DNA of 49,853 nucleotides from NCBI GenBank assembly GCA_945883745.1, contig CAMCYH010000005.1, positions 1 to 49,853 on the forward strand, read 5' to 3'. The notes under the pieces are model-generated. The model made no database searches. It worked only from the letters and a program-made list of their open reading frames with translations, and was not told the DNA's origin. Of this stretch, positions 9,335 to 21,040 are shown piece after piece (position 1 is the stretch's first letter; every line of letters starts with the position of its first letter). The DNA is from Candidatus Kuenenia stuttgartensis. Lineage in GTDB: Bacteria; Planctomycetota; Planctomycetia; Pirellulales; UBA1268. Made by a program: the position numbers and the translations under genes.

Positions 9335-10707
9335 ACGTCGAGCACCCTGTTGCTGTCACCAAATCTGTCGGCCTCCACACCCATTTTCTGGGCCATGAGC
9401 AGCAGGAGGTTGCTCATGTGCGCATCCGGATTCAAGGGGCGACTGCAGATCGCGTAGTGTTCTCCCGGCTTGTCGAGCTGGTACCCCTTGCATTGCCCCG
9501 CAAAGTGCCCCTGGTTGAAGTCAACGTGGCTGCCGTGCCTCAGGCCCAGTCCGGAGCCGCCCGCGAGCACCAACGGCAGATTCGCATTGCCGTGACTGTG
9601 GCCGTAGGACATGCCGCTGCCGAAGAGCGCCATCGTCGTATCGAGGAGCGGCTTGCCATCGATGTCTTTGGTCTCCGCGAGCCTGGTGAGGAAGTAGCCG
9701 AACTGCTCGATGGCGAACGTGTCGTAGGCGGTGAGCTTTTCCATGTAGCCTGGATCACCGCCATGGTGGCTCAGTTGATGCCGCGACTCGGTGATCCCGA
9801 TCTCGGGAATCGCGATGGCGTCTCCCTCGCCGCCGAGGCTGAAAGTAGCCACGCGGGTAACATCGGTCTGGAAGGCCAGCACGATCAGGTCGTAGACCGT
9901 ACGGAAGTAGTCCCCCGCCATGGTCTTGGCGACGTCGCGGTTGGTGCGTGTGCGGTCGGCTGCGGAGACGGCCGGCAGCGGGGTATCGAGCCAGGCATCG
10001 GCCCGCCGCGTGCGGATTTCGGCCTCGCGGACGGAGGTCAGATAGTGGTCGAGCCGCCCCTTGTCCGCGTTGCCCATCCGCTGCTCGAGCCGGCGAACCT
10101 CGGCGAGGTTGGCATCGAGCACGCTCGCCTTGCGTCGCAGGGCCTTCCGCTGGACTGCCGTCCCACCCTTCGGGGCTTCGAACATCGTCGCGAAGATCTC
10201 GCTGCACCGACGCAGCGCCGGGAGCTGCACGCCGTCGGCGGTCCAGGCGAGTGACTCCTGCGTGATGGCGATCTCCAGCGACGGGTACCGCGTGTACTTC
10301 GCGGTGATCTCTGCCATCTTCTGGTCTACCGAGATCGTGTTGCGATCAGCGGGGCCGAGCTTTCCGCCGGTCAGCCAGACCTTGATGCAGTTGTGGTGAT
10401 GCCCGAGGCTTCCCGGATGATGCAGGCCGCTGATGGGCGTGATCACGTCACGGTGCTTCTCCAGCGGCTTGAGCGACCGCGAGAACTGATACTCCTTGCC
10501 GGGCGTGGTGATCTGGTAGTTGAGCGAATGGACACCGTTGGCGAGATAGATGAAGGCGCTCCGCTTCGGCGCCGTGGCGGGCACGTCAGCCGCATGGAGC
10601 GGCTTCATGCACTCGAGCATGGGCAGGGAGACGCAACTGCCCATGGCCCGCAGGGCGTGGCGGCGGTCGATCCGCCAGGACTGAGAGAGGAAGGTGGCCA
10701 TGAACAT
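9331..10707 (-). CDS. DUF1552 domain protein
   Basis: Tat-like [68 protein letters not shown]. Confidence 0.9.
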   Translation of the reverse strand: MFMATFLSQSWRIDRRHALRAMGSCVSLPMLECMKPLHAADVPATAPKRSAFIYLANGVHSLNYQITTPGKEYQFSRSLKPLEKHRDVITPISGLHHPGSLGHHHNCIKVWLTGGKLGPADRNTISVDQKMAEITAKYTRYPSLEIAITQESLAWTADGVQLPALRRCSEIFATMFEAPKGGTAVQRKALRRKASVLDANLAEVRRLEQRMGNADKGRLDHYLTSVREAEIRTRRADAWLDTPLPAVSAADRTRTNRDVAKTMAGDYFRTVYDLIVLAFQTDVTRVATFSLGGEGDAIAIPEIGITESRHQLSHHGGDPGYMEKLTAYDTFAIEQFGYFLTRLAETKDIDGKPLLDTTMALFGSGMSYGHSHGNANLPLVLAGGSGLGLRHGSHVDFNQGHFAGQCKGYQLDKPGEHYAICSRPLNPDAHMSNLLLLMAQKMGVEADRFGDSNRVLDV

Positions 10708-10721
10708 GCTCCTTGAAGGGG

Positions 10722-13175
10722 TCAGCGGGTTCGCATCAGGTCGGAAAGGGCCACGGCGCGGACGATGTCCCTGACGCGGTAGTCGTGCTTCTTTGCGTCG
10801 GCGGCGATGGCCGTGATCTCGTCACGGTCGTCGATGGTGAGCACCCGACGCAGCGCGTAGGTGCAGAGATGCTCGATGAAGGCCCGCGCGACGGTGTCGC
10901 GGTCGGCGAGCAGGAGCCGCTTGAACTCCACGGGATCCTTGAACGCGCGGCCGTCCGGCAGCATCCCTGCGGGATTGATGGCGGGGTCCTCGCCGACTCC
11001 CGCGGGAACCTTCTCTCGAGTCCTCCACTGGCCGATGGCGTCGTAGTTGTCCCACGCGAGCCCCAGCGGGTCGATCTTCGCGTGGCAGGCGGCGCAGTTC
11101 GCGTCGCTCCGATGGGCTTCCAGCTTGTCGCGCAGGGTCGCCTTCGGGCTTTCCGGTGGGCTGGGCTCGATGGCGGGCACGTTGGCGGGCGGAGGCGGTG
11201 GCGTTCGGCCGAAGATCGTTTCGCTTACCCACACGCCCCGGTGCACCGGACGATGTCGCGTGCCGTCGGAGGTGAGGCCGAGCACCGCACCCATCGCGAG
11301 CAGGCCACCGCGATGATCCTCGCGTGTGAGCGCGACCCTTTGGAAGCCGTCGGTCTTCGGCTCCGGCAGGCCGTAGAAATCGCAGAGCCTGGCGTTGGCC
11401 ATCGTCCAGTCCGAGTCGATGAAGCCGTCGATCGGCAGATTCTGCGAGATCATCTGGCGGAAAAACTCGACCGGCTCAAAACGCATGCTTGTCTCGAGCC
11501 AGTCGTCATAGGTCGGGTAGAGCTTCTTGTCGGGCGGAAACATCCCCACGCGATGCAGCTGCAGCCACTGTCGCGAGAAGTCGTCGATGAACCGCTCAAG
11601 GCCGACGTCGGCCAGCATCCTCTCCACCTCCGCCTGGAGCCCGGGGCCGCTGAGCCTGCCGGCCCCGGCTGCCGAGAAGAGGGCGTCGTCGGGCATCGAA
11701 CTCCAGAGGAAATACGAAAGCCGTGAGGCCAGCTCCCAATCCGTGAGCCGCTCCCGGACCACGGGGTCGCCCTCGACGACATAGAGGAAGTTCCGCGACG
11801 TGAGCACGCCGGCAAGCGCGGTGCGGTAGGCCGCGGCGGTCGTCTCGCCCGCGTCGCGGTCCGCCCGGTAGCCCTGCAGGTAGTCGGCGAGTTCCTCGAA
11901 CTTCACCGGCCGCCGCCAGGCGCGTTCGGCGAAGCGGCGCAGATGCTCCGCCACCTGATCGGGTGTCGCATCGTCAGGGGGCAGCACATCCTTGCGGCGG
12001 GCTTTCTCCGCGTCGGTCTCGAGCGGTCCTTCCCATTCGATCCAGTCGAGGATGACGGTGGAGAAGATTCCGTTTCCTTCGCCGTCAAACATCTGCGGTG
12101 CGTTCGGATTCAGGAGCAGCGTCTCGCTCGAGTGCGTGAAGATGTGCCCACCCCGGCTGGAGAGCGCGTTGCGGAAGGCAGCGCCCGCCCTCCGGTCCAC
12201 GACGTTGGTGGCCACCACGCAGCATTCCAGTGACCGCGGCATCTCGAGAAAGACCTCCCGCTCGTAGACCTGCGGGCTGTCCTCCGGAGCCGTAATGTCG
12301 AGTTCGATCAGGCCATCCACGGTCTCCTCGCTGGTCCGCGTGCCGATGCTCAGGTGGGCCGGCTGGCCGCCCGGCGGTCGGATGCCGCTGGCCTGGAGCC
12401 GCATGCGATAAAGCCCGCTGTGTTCAGGGCCGGTCTTCCCGAACCAGTTGGCCGAGAAGGCGCTCTGCACGGTCCCGGGGAAGAGGAGATACCGCAGCGG
12501 CCGCTGAATGCCGAACCGATCGAGCGCCGCCTGCTGGGTTTTTCCGTCGCCGTAGCGCAGCTCGGTGGCGGTCTTCCGCACCATGCGTGCCTCGCCCGAC
12601 GCGGCGGGAAAGGCCCGGTCGAGCACGAGTTCCGCGGCATTGTAATAGCGGTCGACATGCGACGGTGACAGCGACAACTCGGAGCCGATCCGCTCGTAGC
12701 CGTGCCAGAGCGTGTCTTCATTCAGTTGCCCGGGCTTGGTCGGATCGTAGCGGACGCCGAGCAGGTCGTAGACGGTGTTTTGGTACTCCGTACGGCTGAG
12801 CCGATAATGCGTCACGGCGGGCCGCGCCGCCATCCGTGTTGCCCGGCCCTCCTTCAACCGTGCGTCGAGGCTCGTGACAAACGTCGCGATCTCGTCCTGC
12901 GTCGGGCGCGGCTCTGTATCCGGAGGCATCTCACCGGAGTTCACCCGCTCGAGGACCTCGGCCCAGCGGTGACTATCGGCGGCCGACTTGAAATCCTGCG
13001 ATAGCTGGTCGATGCGAAGCTCGCCTTCCTCGTCCTCAGGGCCATGACAGCGGCCGCAGTGCTTCACGAGAAACGGTTCGAACGGTTCGACAGTGTGGTC
13101 GCCAGCGGCGGGCATGCCGACGAGCGTGACGAGCAGCAGCAGCAGCGAGCGAAAGCGTGTGCCGGGAGTTCGCAT
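10722..13175 (-). CDS. DUF1592/DUF1588/DUF1587/DUF1595/DUF1585 planctomycete cytochrome c protein
   Basis: [70 protein letters not shown]. The start is uncertain (13175 chosen; the ORF extends to 13271). Confidence 0.9.
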   Translation of the reverse strand: MRTPGTRFRSLLLLLVTLVGMPAAGDHTVEPFEPFLVKHCGRCHGPEDEEGELRIDQLSQDFKSAADSHRWAEVLERVNSGEMPPDTEPRPTQDEIATFVTSLDARLKEGRATRMAARPAVTHYRLSRTEYQNTVYDLLGVRYDPTKPGQLNEDTLWHGYERIGSELSLSPSHVDRYYNAAELVLDRAFPAASGEARMVRKTATELRYGDGKTQQAALDRFGIQRPLRYLLFPGTVQSAFSANWFGKTGPEHSGLYRMRLQASGIRPPGGQPAHLSIGTRTSEETVDGLIELDITAPEDSPQVYEREVFLEMPRSLECCVVATNVVDRRAGAAFRNALSSRGGHIFTHSSETLLLNPNAPQMFDGEGNGIFSTVILDWIEWEGPLETDAEKARRKDVLPPDDATPDQVAEHLRRFAERAWRRPVKFEELADYLQGYRADRDAGETTAAAYRTALAGVLTSRNFLYVVEGDPVVRERLTDWELASRLSYFLWSSMPDDALFSAAGAGRLSGPGLQAEVERMLADVGLERFIDDFSRQWLQLHRVGMFPPDKKLYPTYDDWLETSMRFEPVEFFRQMISQNLPIDGFIDSDWTMANARLCDFYGLPEPKTDGFQRVALTREDHRGGLLAMGAVLGLTSDGTRHRPVHRGVWVSETIFGRTPPPPPANVPAIEPSPPESPKATLRDKLEAHRSDANCAACHAKIDPLGLAWDNYDAIGQWRTREKVPAGVGEDPAINPAGMLPDGRAFKDPVEFKRLLLADRDTVARAFIEHLCTYALRRVLTIDDRDEITAIAADAKKHDYRVRDIVRAVALSDLMRTR

Positions 13176-13379
13176 GTCCGTACTCAATTCGACAGGAGAA
13201 TCCCCGGAGAACGGAGCCGGTCCTCGAGGCTCGAGCAGTTTCCGACGTGGGTCGATGCCCGAATCGAGCATCGTCAGTTCTTCACGCGTCGCCTCGAAGG
13301 GTATGGCGTCGGGGCCACCGACTGCACTGTATCTTACGGTTCTTCGCTATGGCGGTCGACCGGAGGCTGGGCCGGTGGC

Positions 13380-15749
13380 TCACTTGCCGAGCGGATGATC
13401 CTGTCGGCAGTCGGGGTCGGCGGGGACCGGTTCGCCAACGGCGTCCACAGGATGCGTGTAGAGGTATTTCCAGACCTCCTCGTAGAGCAGCCGGCCATCA
13501 GGCCCCTTCGGCGACGAGCCCCCGGGCTGCACCGCGCCGTGGGCCTTGTCGGCATTGCCGCCGACGTCGGCGGCCGACACGAGACTCCGCGAGTCGTGGT
13601 AGGGCGCGGCCACCTTGTCGACGTCCACGAGCGGCCCGTAGCGGTTCATGCCCAGCAGCTCCCACGAGCGGCAGTAGTGGTCGCCGGTCCAGCCCCCATC
13701 GAGCACGTGCGAGAATCCGAAGTAGCGGCTGCCGTCGGTGGCCGAGGGGAGCGACTGCCAGTCCTGGTCCTGGTCGCGCGGGCCGCAGAGCATCACGACG
13801 CGATCGACCTTCGTGTGCTTGGCGAACCGGGCCGCGGTGGTCGCGCCATGCGAGGCGCCGCTGATGATCACCTTCTCCCAGCGCACCTGCGCGCCGTCGC
13901 GCGAGAGAAACTGCTCCCACCGCCCCTGCGGATGCTCCTTCGCGAGCCAGCGGAGGAGCGCCCGCACTCGCTGCGTCATCCCGTCGGGCTTGGGGATGTC
14001 GATCTGGTCGCTCACGTCCTCCCCGAGCGCCGCCTCGAGCCGCACGTTGCCCCGGGCCATCCGGTCCTTCGGCGGCAGCTTCGCGAACCACTGGTTGGCG
14101 TAGTGCGGCTGCACGGCGTGGAGACCGTAGGAGTTGAGCCGCTGGAAGAGCCCCTCGTTGTAGTTCATGAGCCAGACGACGAGCCGGCCCCGCGGCGCGA
14201 CGCGGGTGTCGACGGTGGCGTGCTCGACGTCGGCCGGCTTGCCCCCCTTCTCAAAGACGAAATCGATCTCGGGATGGGGCTTGGCCCGCGGGTCGAGGAC
14301 GCTGGCCCGCGCCTGGAGGTGGTAGGCCTGCGGCTTCGGGTCGCGGTAGGCCGGCGGTGCCGGCTCGCGGTAGGCCGGCGTTGGTTCGGCTGCCTGCCGT
14401 ACCTCGCCGAGCACGAGCAGCGCCGCGGCATACCAGGTGCTCTCGGCGTATTTCTCCGGGTGCTTGGCGAGGTCGGGGCGATTCTGCTCGAAGAGGATCG
14501 TCGCCTTATCGGGGGCTTGCTGCTCGAGCGCGAAGGTCGCCCGGTGCGGTCCGGCGGGAAGATCACCCGCGGCGAGCTTCGCGATTCGCCAGTATGTGCA
14601 ATAGCCGTCGATCCGCGGCACGCTGCGGGCCTCGCGTTCGTCAACCTTCACCGACACCGTTCCCCCCCCCGGGCCGACCAGGTCGTAGACGGAGAGGTGG
14701 GTGCCGGTGAACGGCACCGTGAGGCGGGCGCCGGGCTCCGTGGCCTTCCAGAGCACCGGCATCCGCGCCGCGAACGACTTGGCCCGCTCGTCGTCGGCGG
14801 GGGTCACCTTCTTCCAGCCCCCCTCGAGCATGCTCTCGTCGATCGGCACGAGCCGGGCGTGCTCCCAGTTGTCGGCACGGAGCGGCGGGGGGAGCGGCGG
14901 GGCCGATGCGGCTGCCGGCGGCGACGCGGCCGCGATCTCAGCGAACGCCCTGCCGAAGATGTCGTCGTAGAGCCGGTGGCCCGTCTCGACGAGCGGGTGG
15001 ACGCCGTCGGTCGAGAAGACGAGGGGCACGGCGGCCGCGGCGGGCTTCTCCGGCTTCTCCCCCTTGAAGACGAGCGTGCCCGCGGCGATCCGCCGCACGA
15101 CCTCGACGCCGAAGTGCATGGAGGGTAAGCGGTAATGGTCGGCCACCAACTCCATCGCCGCCGCGGCCCGCGGACAATCCCCCTTCGTCAGCTCGGGCAG
15201 CAGGGGTTCGGAGAGCGTGTAGACGAAGCAGATGTCGGTGGCGGGATCGGCGCGGCGGATCTGCCGGACGATGCCCTCCATCGTGGCGACCACCCGCTCC
15301 GGCGGCGCTCCGGCGTCATTGACGGCGAACTCGATGAAGACGAGGTCGGGGCGGTGGGCGATCACGTCCTGCCCGACACGGAAGGCGCCGAGATCCGATC
15401 CGGTGCCGCCGATCGTGGCGTTCGTTTCGGTGAACCGCGCCTGCGGAAACCCGCTCCGTAGACGCTCGAGCGAGAAGACCCGCCAGCCCGGCGCAGCGGT
15501 GATGCTCCCGCCGAGGTAGGCCACCCGCACGTCACCGCCGGCGCGGGCCTTCGCCAGAAACCCTGGCAGGCCGCCGCGCGGCCGGCACTCGGCCGCGGCG
15601 ACTGCCGGCGACGGCGGCGCGGTGCCCTGGGCAGCAGCGTCGCCCCCGGCCGCTGCGAGCAGCAGGGCGAGCAGGCCCGGGAGCCAGATGGCGAGCCAGG
15701 CGTGGGACTTCGGCTGATAGTGCTGTGAGAGTCTCATGGGTCGATGCAT
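13380..15749 (-). CDS. SGNH/GDSL hydrolase fused to a BPSS1187-like alpha/beta hydrolase
   Basis: LGGSIT, GGTGS, EFAVND and DGVHP (SGNH blocks), a Pro-rich linker, then a second domain with SGASHG and VDRVVMLCGPRD. Confidence 0.8.
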   Translation of the reverse strand: MHRPMRLSQHYQPKSHAWLAIWLPGLLALLLAAAGGDAAAQGTAPPSPAVAAAECRPRGGLPGFLAKARAGGDVRVAYLGGSITAAPGWRVFSLERLRSGFPQARFTETNATIGGTGSDLGAFRVGQDVIAHRPDLVFIEFAVNDAGAPPERVVATMEGIVRQIRRADPATDICFVYTLSEPLLPELTKGDCPRAAAAMELVADHYRLPSMHFGVEVVRRIAAGTLVFKGEKPEKPAAAAVPLVFSTDGVHPLVETGHRLYDDIFGRAFAEIAAASPPAAASAPPLPPPLRADNWEHARLVPIDESMLEGGWKKVTPADDERAKSFAARMPVLWKATEPGARLTVPFTGTHLSVYDLVGPGGGTVSVKVDEREARSVPRIDGYCTYWRIAKLAAGDLPAGPHRATFALEQQAPDKATILFEQNRPDLAKHPEKYAESTWYAAALLVLGEVRQAAEPTPAYREPAPPAYRDPKPQAYHLQARASVLDPRAKPHPEIDFVFEKGGKPADVEHATVDTRVAPRGRLVVWLMNYNEGLFQRLNSYGLHAVQPHYANQWFAKLPPKDRMARGNVRLEAALGEDVSDQIDIPKPDGMTQRVRALLRWLAKEHPQGRWEQFLSRDGAQVRWEKVIISGASHGATTAARFAKHTKVDRVVMLCGPRDQDQDWQSLPSATDGSRYFGFSHVLDGGWTGDHYCRSWELLGMNRYGPLVDVDKVAAPYHDSRSLVSAADVGGNADKAHGAVQPGGSSPKGPDGRLLYEEVWKYLYTHPVDAVGEPVPADPDCRQDHPLGK
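14341..14380. repeat. Tandem 16-bp direct repeat (24-bp period) in the interdomain linker
   Basis: TCGCGGTAGGCCGGCG occurs at 14341 and 14365, encoding PAYRE/PAYRD. Confidence 0.7.
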
Positions 15750-15753
15750 GCCG

Positions 15754-15782
15754 TTGACGGGGAGGGAGTACGGATTTATACA
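15754..15782 (+). promoter_or_regulatory. Possible sigma70-type promoter for the DUF1559 gene
   Basis: TTGACG-N17-TATACA in an AT-rich divergent intergenic region; the -10 is imperfect. Confidence 0.3.
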
Positions 15783-15860
15783 TAAAGTTTTGGGGGCGAT
15801 GTTTTTTGGTTAAGGTTCTGCCCCGGATGTGACCATGTCGTTTTCTGAGAGGATCCGTCC

Positions 15861-16946
15861 ATGTCTATTTCTCATCCAGCCCAGCGATTCTCGCGAGCTT
15901 TCACGCTCGTCGAACTGCTCGTTGTGATCGCGATCATCGGCGTTCTTGTCGGGCTTCTTCTTCCGGCCGTCCAAGCTGCTCGCGAATCGGCTCGCCGCAT
16001 CGGCTGCTCAAACAATCTCAAACAACTTGGGCTCGCCGCGCACGGATTCCTGGAGGCCAACGAGGCGTTTCCCTCTTGGTACATCCACCCCAAAGCCGGA
16101 ACGTCGTGGAACAACTGGGAGAACACCAGCGGCTTCTACCTGATGTTGCCGTTCATGGAAGAAACCGTGCTGTTCGACCGCATGACCGAATGCATGGACG
16201 ACGCAAGTCCAGCAGTTTTGTACGGCCTACAGAGAACGAAATTGAAGGCGATGGACTGTCCCACGGATGGTGTGTACGAGGGCAATCAAGCCGAAGGCCC
16301 AGCCAACTATGGGTTTTCGACCGGTAGTTCCACGCATCTGGGGGGCGCCGGACTGGCAAACGCGAATGGATTCTCCCACCGTGATGGCGGAGGAGCGGCA
16401 TGGGACAACAAGCCCGGGGGCACAGGCCCGCGAACGGAGGCCCAACAGTACAAGGCGGGGTTCGGTCCGAAGGACTTCACGGATGGATTGTCGAAGACCA
16501 TCATGGCGTCCGAACTTCTGGCTGGTGACGGCACCACTGGGACCGCAGTTTTTCCCAGGAACTACAAACGCAATGTCACGCTTGCATCGATAGTCGACAG
16601 GAACTTTCCGACCGTAGCGGAACTCGATGCGAATGGCGCGGCCCTTCTTGGCGGCGGTGAATGGCGCGGCAACAACGGCAACCAGTGGGGTTGGAACGGC
16701 CATGGCAATTCGCTCGTAAATTGCGCCGCTCCGCCGAACTGGTCCTTTCCATCCGGAGGGAATGGCAATCCTGGAATGGCGTACGATGGCGGCGAGGGCT
16801 TTTTTCCTCCTCGAAGCCGTCATTATGGCGGGGTCAACGCTGCGTTTGGAGATGCGTCGACGGCATTCATCAGTGACGGAATTGCGACATTGACATTCCA
16901 GCGACTCGCAAATCGTAAAGACGGCCAGACAGCAGAACGGCCGTGA
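15861..16946 (+). CDS. DUF1559 prepilin-type protein
   Basis: [53 protein letters not shown], and C-terminal [16 protein letters not shown]. Confidence 0.95.
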   Translation: MSISHPAQRFSRAFTLVELLVVIAIIGVLVGLLLPAVQAARESARRIGCSNNLKQLGLAAHGFLEANEAFPSWYIHPKAGTSWNNWENTSGFYLMLPFMEETVLFDRMTECMDDASPAVLYGLQRTKLKAMDCPTDGVYEGNQAEGPANYGFSTGSSTHLGGAGLANANGFSHRDGGGAAWDNKPGGTGPRTEAQQYKAGFGPKDFTDGLSKTIMASELLAGDGTTGTAVFPRNYKRNVTLASIVDRNFPTVAELDANGAALLGGGEWRGNNGNQWGWNGHGNSLVNCAAPPNWSFPSGGNGNPGMAYDGGEGFFPPRSRHYGGVNAAFGDASTAFISDGIATLTFQRLANRKDGQTAERP

Positions 16947-16998
16947 CCGCTTCACCCCACCTCCGCACGGCGATTTCAACGCACAATCCCTTGCTTCC

Positions 16999-17343
16999 AT
17001 GGTGCTCACCCACATGACACGGATCACTGACGCTGGCAGTTTGCTCAACGGTTCGATGCTCGCCCTGGCACTCGTGCTTGCGGGATGCAGTTCCGGCGTG
17101 GTTCAAGACCGAGTTTTAGAGTCGAAGCCGATGGATTCACTCGCCGCCGCTCGGGGCGTGCTGAGGAACTACGTCGATGGACAGCCCCTGGGCAGCGAAG
17201 CCATCGACTTCGACAGTCTCGTCGAGCAGGTGACACGAGTCGATCCCGACAAAGGTGATCGCCTGAAGACGTTTTTCGACAGGACCCGACGGACCGGCCG
17301 GCCGGACGCCAGCCAGGCGAAAAAACTTCTCAGCGAGTTCTAG
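16999..17343 (+). CDS. Small lipoprotein partner of DUF1559
   Basis: Lipobox LAGC; similar to 34046-34408. The start could be 17014 or 17056. Confidence 0.75.
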   Translation: MVLTHMTRITDAGSLLNGSMLALALVLAGCSSGVVQDRVLESKPMDSLAAARGVLRNYVDGQPLGSEAIDFDSLVEQVTRVDPDKGDRLKTFFDRTRRTGRPDASQAKKLLSEF

Positions 17344-17560
17344 ACCGCGGGCTATCAACTCCCTGCCGGGCGGAGCGTTCGGTGAGTGTGGTGACGCAAG
17401 CCTGCTCCCCGTCGTGTGTTCATATAGGCTAGGGCACTCCTGCTGGCACTCGATAACACGGTCAACTCGCACCAGTCGCCAAGCGGCGCGATGTCTGCCC
17501 AGCCGGCAGAAAACGCCGAGGGCAGCCTGATGGGGGTGGGGCGTCTTGTATAGTGACTCG

Positions 17561-20500
17561 ATGCTCGCCCTCCTCCGAATCACGTTCACGGCGACACTGT
17601 TTACCACCTCGCTGGCCGCAGCATGGTGCCGCGCCGAGGGCTTTCCAACACCGTTCAACAGTGAGAAGGACGCGGCCGCCATGCCGCTGCCCGCCGCGGA
17701 GGCCGCGGCCACCATGGGCGTGCCCGAGGGATTTCGCGTCGGCGTGTTCGCCGCCGAACCGGACGTGCTGAACCCGATCGCCATGGCCTGGGATGCCCGC
17801 GGTCGGCTCTGGATTGCGGAGAACCACACCTACGCCGAACGGCCCATCAAGATGGATACCCGCCTCCGCGACCGCGTGCTCATCTTCGCCGACCGCGACA
17901 ACGACGGCACCGCCGATGAGCGGAAGGTATTCCTCGACGACCTGCAGCAACTGACGAGCGTGGAAGTCGGACTCGGCGGCGTCTGGCTGATGTGCCCGCC
18001 ACGATTGCTCTTCGTGCCTGATCGCAATGGCGACGATGTTCCAGACGGCCCGGCGAAGGTGATGCTCGACGGCTTCGAGGTGGCGACGGAGAACTACCAC
18101 AACTTTGCCAACGGACTGCGGTTCGGCCCCGATGGCTGGCTCTACGGCCGCTGCGGCGGCTCCTGCCCCGGCCGCATCGGCCCGCCCGGCGCGACGGCGA
18201 CACATCGCGTGCGGCTCGAAGGGGGCATCTGGAGATATTCACCGCGATCGGGCCGGTTCGAGGTGCTCTCCCACGGCACCACGAACCCCTGGGGCCACGA
18301 CTGGAACGCCTTTGGCGACGGCTTCTTCATCAACACCGTCAACGGCCATCTCTGGCAGATCATCCCCGGGGCCCATTATCCACGGCATGGCACGCTCGAT
18401 CCGAATCCGCACGCGTACCAACTCATCGACATGCACGCCGACCACTGGCACTTCGACACCGGCGGCGGCTGGCAGAAGTCGCGGGATGGCGCTGCCAACG
18501 ATCTCGGCGGCGGCCACGCCCACTCAGGGCTGATGATCTATCTCGGCGACGACTGGCCCGAGGAGTACCGCGGCCGACTCTTGACGTGGAACTTTCACGG
18601 TCGACGTGTGAACCAGGAACTGCTCGAACGCGAGGGGAGCGGCTACGTGGGCCGTCACGGCCGCGACATGCTCCTGTCCCACGATCCGTTCTTCCGCGGC
18701 ATGGAACTGGCCTACGGCCCCGACGGCACGGTGCTGGCGATCGACTGGAGCGACACGGGCGAGTGCCACGAGGCGACGGGCGTGCACCGCACGAGCGGTC
18801 GCATCTTCCGGATCGCCCACGGCAGCGACATGCAACGAATGCCGCAGGATCTGGCCGGCCTCTCCTGCGTGGCCCTCGCAAACCTGGCAACGCACGCGAA
18901 TGAATGGTATCCGCGGCAGGCGCGGATCATCCTCGCCGAACGCGCAGGCGTGGGCCCCGCACACGACGCCGCCTCGCCCCCCGGCCTCGCGAACGATCTG
19001 CCGCAGGCGCATGAAACACTGCGCCGGCTCGCCGCGGCGGCCGACCCGGTCGTCGCCTGCCGCGCCGTGCTCACGCTCCATGCCAGCGGCGGGTGCGACC
19101 AGTCGTTTCTGCGGAGTCTGCTCACCCACTCCGACGAGCATCTGCGGGCCTGGGGCGTCCGCCTGCTCAGCGACGACTGGCCGATCGATGGCGTCATCGG
19201 GCCGGCGACCGTCTCGCCGGAGGAGTCCGCCCGCGTGGCCACCGCCTATGACGCGGTTGCCGCCGATCTCCACCGGCTCGCCACGGACGACGTGAGCGGA
19301 CTGGTCCGACTCGCCCTCGCCTCAGCACTCCAGCGGATGCCCGTCGATCGCCGCGCCGATCTGGCCGCCGCTCTGATGACTCGCGGTGAAGACGCCGACG
19401 ATCACAATCTGCCGCTGCTGGTCTGGTATGGCCTGATCCCGACAGTCGAGGCGGACCCGCGCCGGACGGCGGACATCGCCGTCGGCTCGCAGTGGCCGAA
19501 CACACAGCGACTGATCGCCCGCCGGCTCGCCAGCCTGATCGAACGGCAGCCCGGGGGCATGGAACGGCTAGTCGCCGCCATCGCGGGCACGCACGACGAA
19601 CGCGTGCAACAGAACCTGCTCGCAGGAATCGCCGACGGTCTCTCCGGCTGGCGGCGGGCCCCGAAGCCCGCGGGCTGGGACGCCCTCGCTGCGCAGTTGG
19701 CGACGGGTGCCGCGACACAGGCCGAGGTCGTCCGCGAACTCTCGGCGATTTTCGGCGATGGCCGTGCGATCGACGAGATCCGCCGACTGGTGCTCGACGA
19801 GAGGGCCGATGAGAGTATCCGCCTGTCGGCGCTCGAAGCGATCGTGCGACAGGGTGACGACAGCGTCCGCGGCATCTGCCTCAGTCTGCTCAACGACCAG
19901 CGATTCAACGTCCTCGCCGCAGAGGGTCTCTCGCAGAGCGACGACGCAGGCGTGGCGCAGGCGCTCGTCACGGCCTACGGCCGGTTTCGCGCTCCATACC
20001 GGCCCAAGCTCATCGGCATCCTCGCCTCGCGACGCACGTTCGCCGCCACCCTGCTCGACGCCGTGTCCAGGGGAACCATCCCACGCGATGCCATCACCGC
20101 CTACGAGCTGAGGCAGATCCGTTCGCTCGGCGATCCCGCACTCGACGCCCGCCTCGAAAGCGACTGGGGCGGCGTCGCCGAGACGACGGCCGAAAAGCGG
20201 TGGCGAATCGACTCACTCAAGGAAGCCCTGCAGCCGGCGGTCCTCGCGGCGGCCGACACATCCCAGGGCCGCAAGCTCTTCGACATATCCTGCAGCCGCT
20301 GCCACAAGCTCTTTGGCGCCGGCGAGTCGATCGGCCCCGACCTCACCGGCGGCAACCGCACGAACATCGACTATCTGCTCGAAAACATCGTCGATCCCAG
20401 CGGCGTGGTGAACCGCGACTACCGGATGTCGATCGTCGTGCTCGCCGACGGGCGGGTGCTCAACGGACTCGTGACGACCCGCGACGACCGCACACTCACA

Positions 20501-20668
20501 CTCGTCACGCCCACCGACCGTCACGTGATCGCCACCGAAGACATCGACGAGGTGACCGTCACGCAGCAGTCACCGATGGCCGAGGGGATGCTCGACCATC
20601 TTTCTCCCGACGCCATTCGCGACCTGATCGGCTACCTCATGCAGCCCGCGCAAGTGCCGCTGCCGTAG
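17561..20668 (+). CDS. PVC-type heme-binding CxxCH protein
   Basis: FAAEPDVLNPIAMAWDARGRLW, FGPDGWLYG, GTTNPWG, HEAT-like repeats, CSRCH...IGPDLTG...SPMAEG. Confidence 0.9.
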   Translation: MLALLRITFTATLFTTSLAAAWCRAEGFPTPFNSEKDAAAMPLPAAEAAATMGVPEGFRVGVFAAEPDVLNPIAMAWDARGRLWIAENHTYAERPIKMDTRLRDRVLIFADRDNDGTADERKVFLDDLQQLTSVEVGLGGVWLMCPPRLLFVPDRNGDDVPDGPAKVMLDGFEVATENYHNFANGLRFGPDGWLYGRCGGSCPGRIGPPGATATHRVRLEGGIWRYSPRSGRFEVLSHGTTNPWGHDWNAFGDGFFINTVNGHLWQIIPGAHYPRHGTLDPNPHAYQLIDMHADHWHFDTGGGWQKSRDGAANDLGGGHAHSGLMIYLGDDWPEEYRGRLLTWNFHGRRVNQELLEREGSGYVGRHGRDMLLSHDPFFRGMELAYGPDGTVLAIDWSDTGECHEATGVHRTSGRIFRIAHGSDMQRMPQDLAGLSCVALANLATHANEWYPRQARIILAERAGVGPAHDAASPPGLANDLPQAHETLRRLAAAADPVVACRAVLTLHASGGCDQSFLRSLLTHSDEHLRAWGVRLLSDDWPIDGVIGPATVSPEESARVATAYDAVAADLHRLATDDVSGLVRLALASALQRMPVDRRADLAAALMTRGEDADDHNLPLLVWYGLIPTVEADPRRTADIAVGSQWPNTQRLIARRLASLIERQPGGMERLVAAIAGTHDERVQQNLLAGIADGLSGWRRAPKPAGWDALAAQLATGAATQAEVVRELSAIFGDGRAIDEIRRLVLDERADESIRLSALEAIVRQGDDSVRGICLSLLNDQRFNVLAAEGLSQSDDAGVAQALVTAYGRFRAPYRPKLIGILASRRTFAATLLDAVSRGTIPRDAITAYELRQIRSLGDPALDARLESDWGGVAETTAEKRWRIDSLKEALQPAVLAAADTSQGRKLFDISCSRCHKLFGAGESIGPDLTGGNRTNIDYLLENIVDPSGVVNRDYRMSIVVLADGRVLNGLVTTRDDRTLTLVTPTDRHVIATEDIDEVTVTQQSPMAEGMLDHLSPDAIRDLIGYLMQPAQVPLP

Positions 20669-21040
20669 ACCACGAAAGGGTGGCAGTCGCCGCACGGCCC
20701 GTGGGGAATCGCACATCCTGCACCCAACAGGATTGTGACAGTCGCCTCAGCCGGCGGCGGCGTAGCGGCCATTTCTCTACGGTGCCATAAACGCAAGAAA
20801 TCGGGTGATCCGACCCACCATACGCAAGAGTTTCCCGGAATACCCTTGCAACCGGAATCGCCTCTTGCCGGGTGACATCCCAAAGTTTGCCTTTTTGTCG
20901 TTTTCCGGCGTGGTTGTCGCCAGACCACACCTGGCCACAGCGGTCCGAGGTAACCCCATTTCCAGCCCCACTCAGGCCACTGGTCATCCCCCGCCGCATC
21001 CCGGAAACTGTGCGGCTCACAAATCTCAAGGAGACTCGTA

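Noticed and set aside
13044-15128. 694-aa plus-strand ORF
   Set aside because: Antisense to the SGNH fusion gene; long antisense frames are expected at this GC level.
20669-21040. 372-bp intergenic region as a riboswitch or ncRNA
   Set aside because: No recognisable aptamer or strong structure by eye; an Rfam/Infernal scan would be needed.
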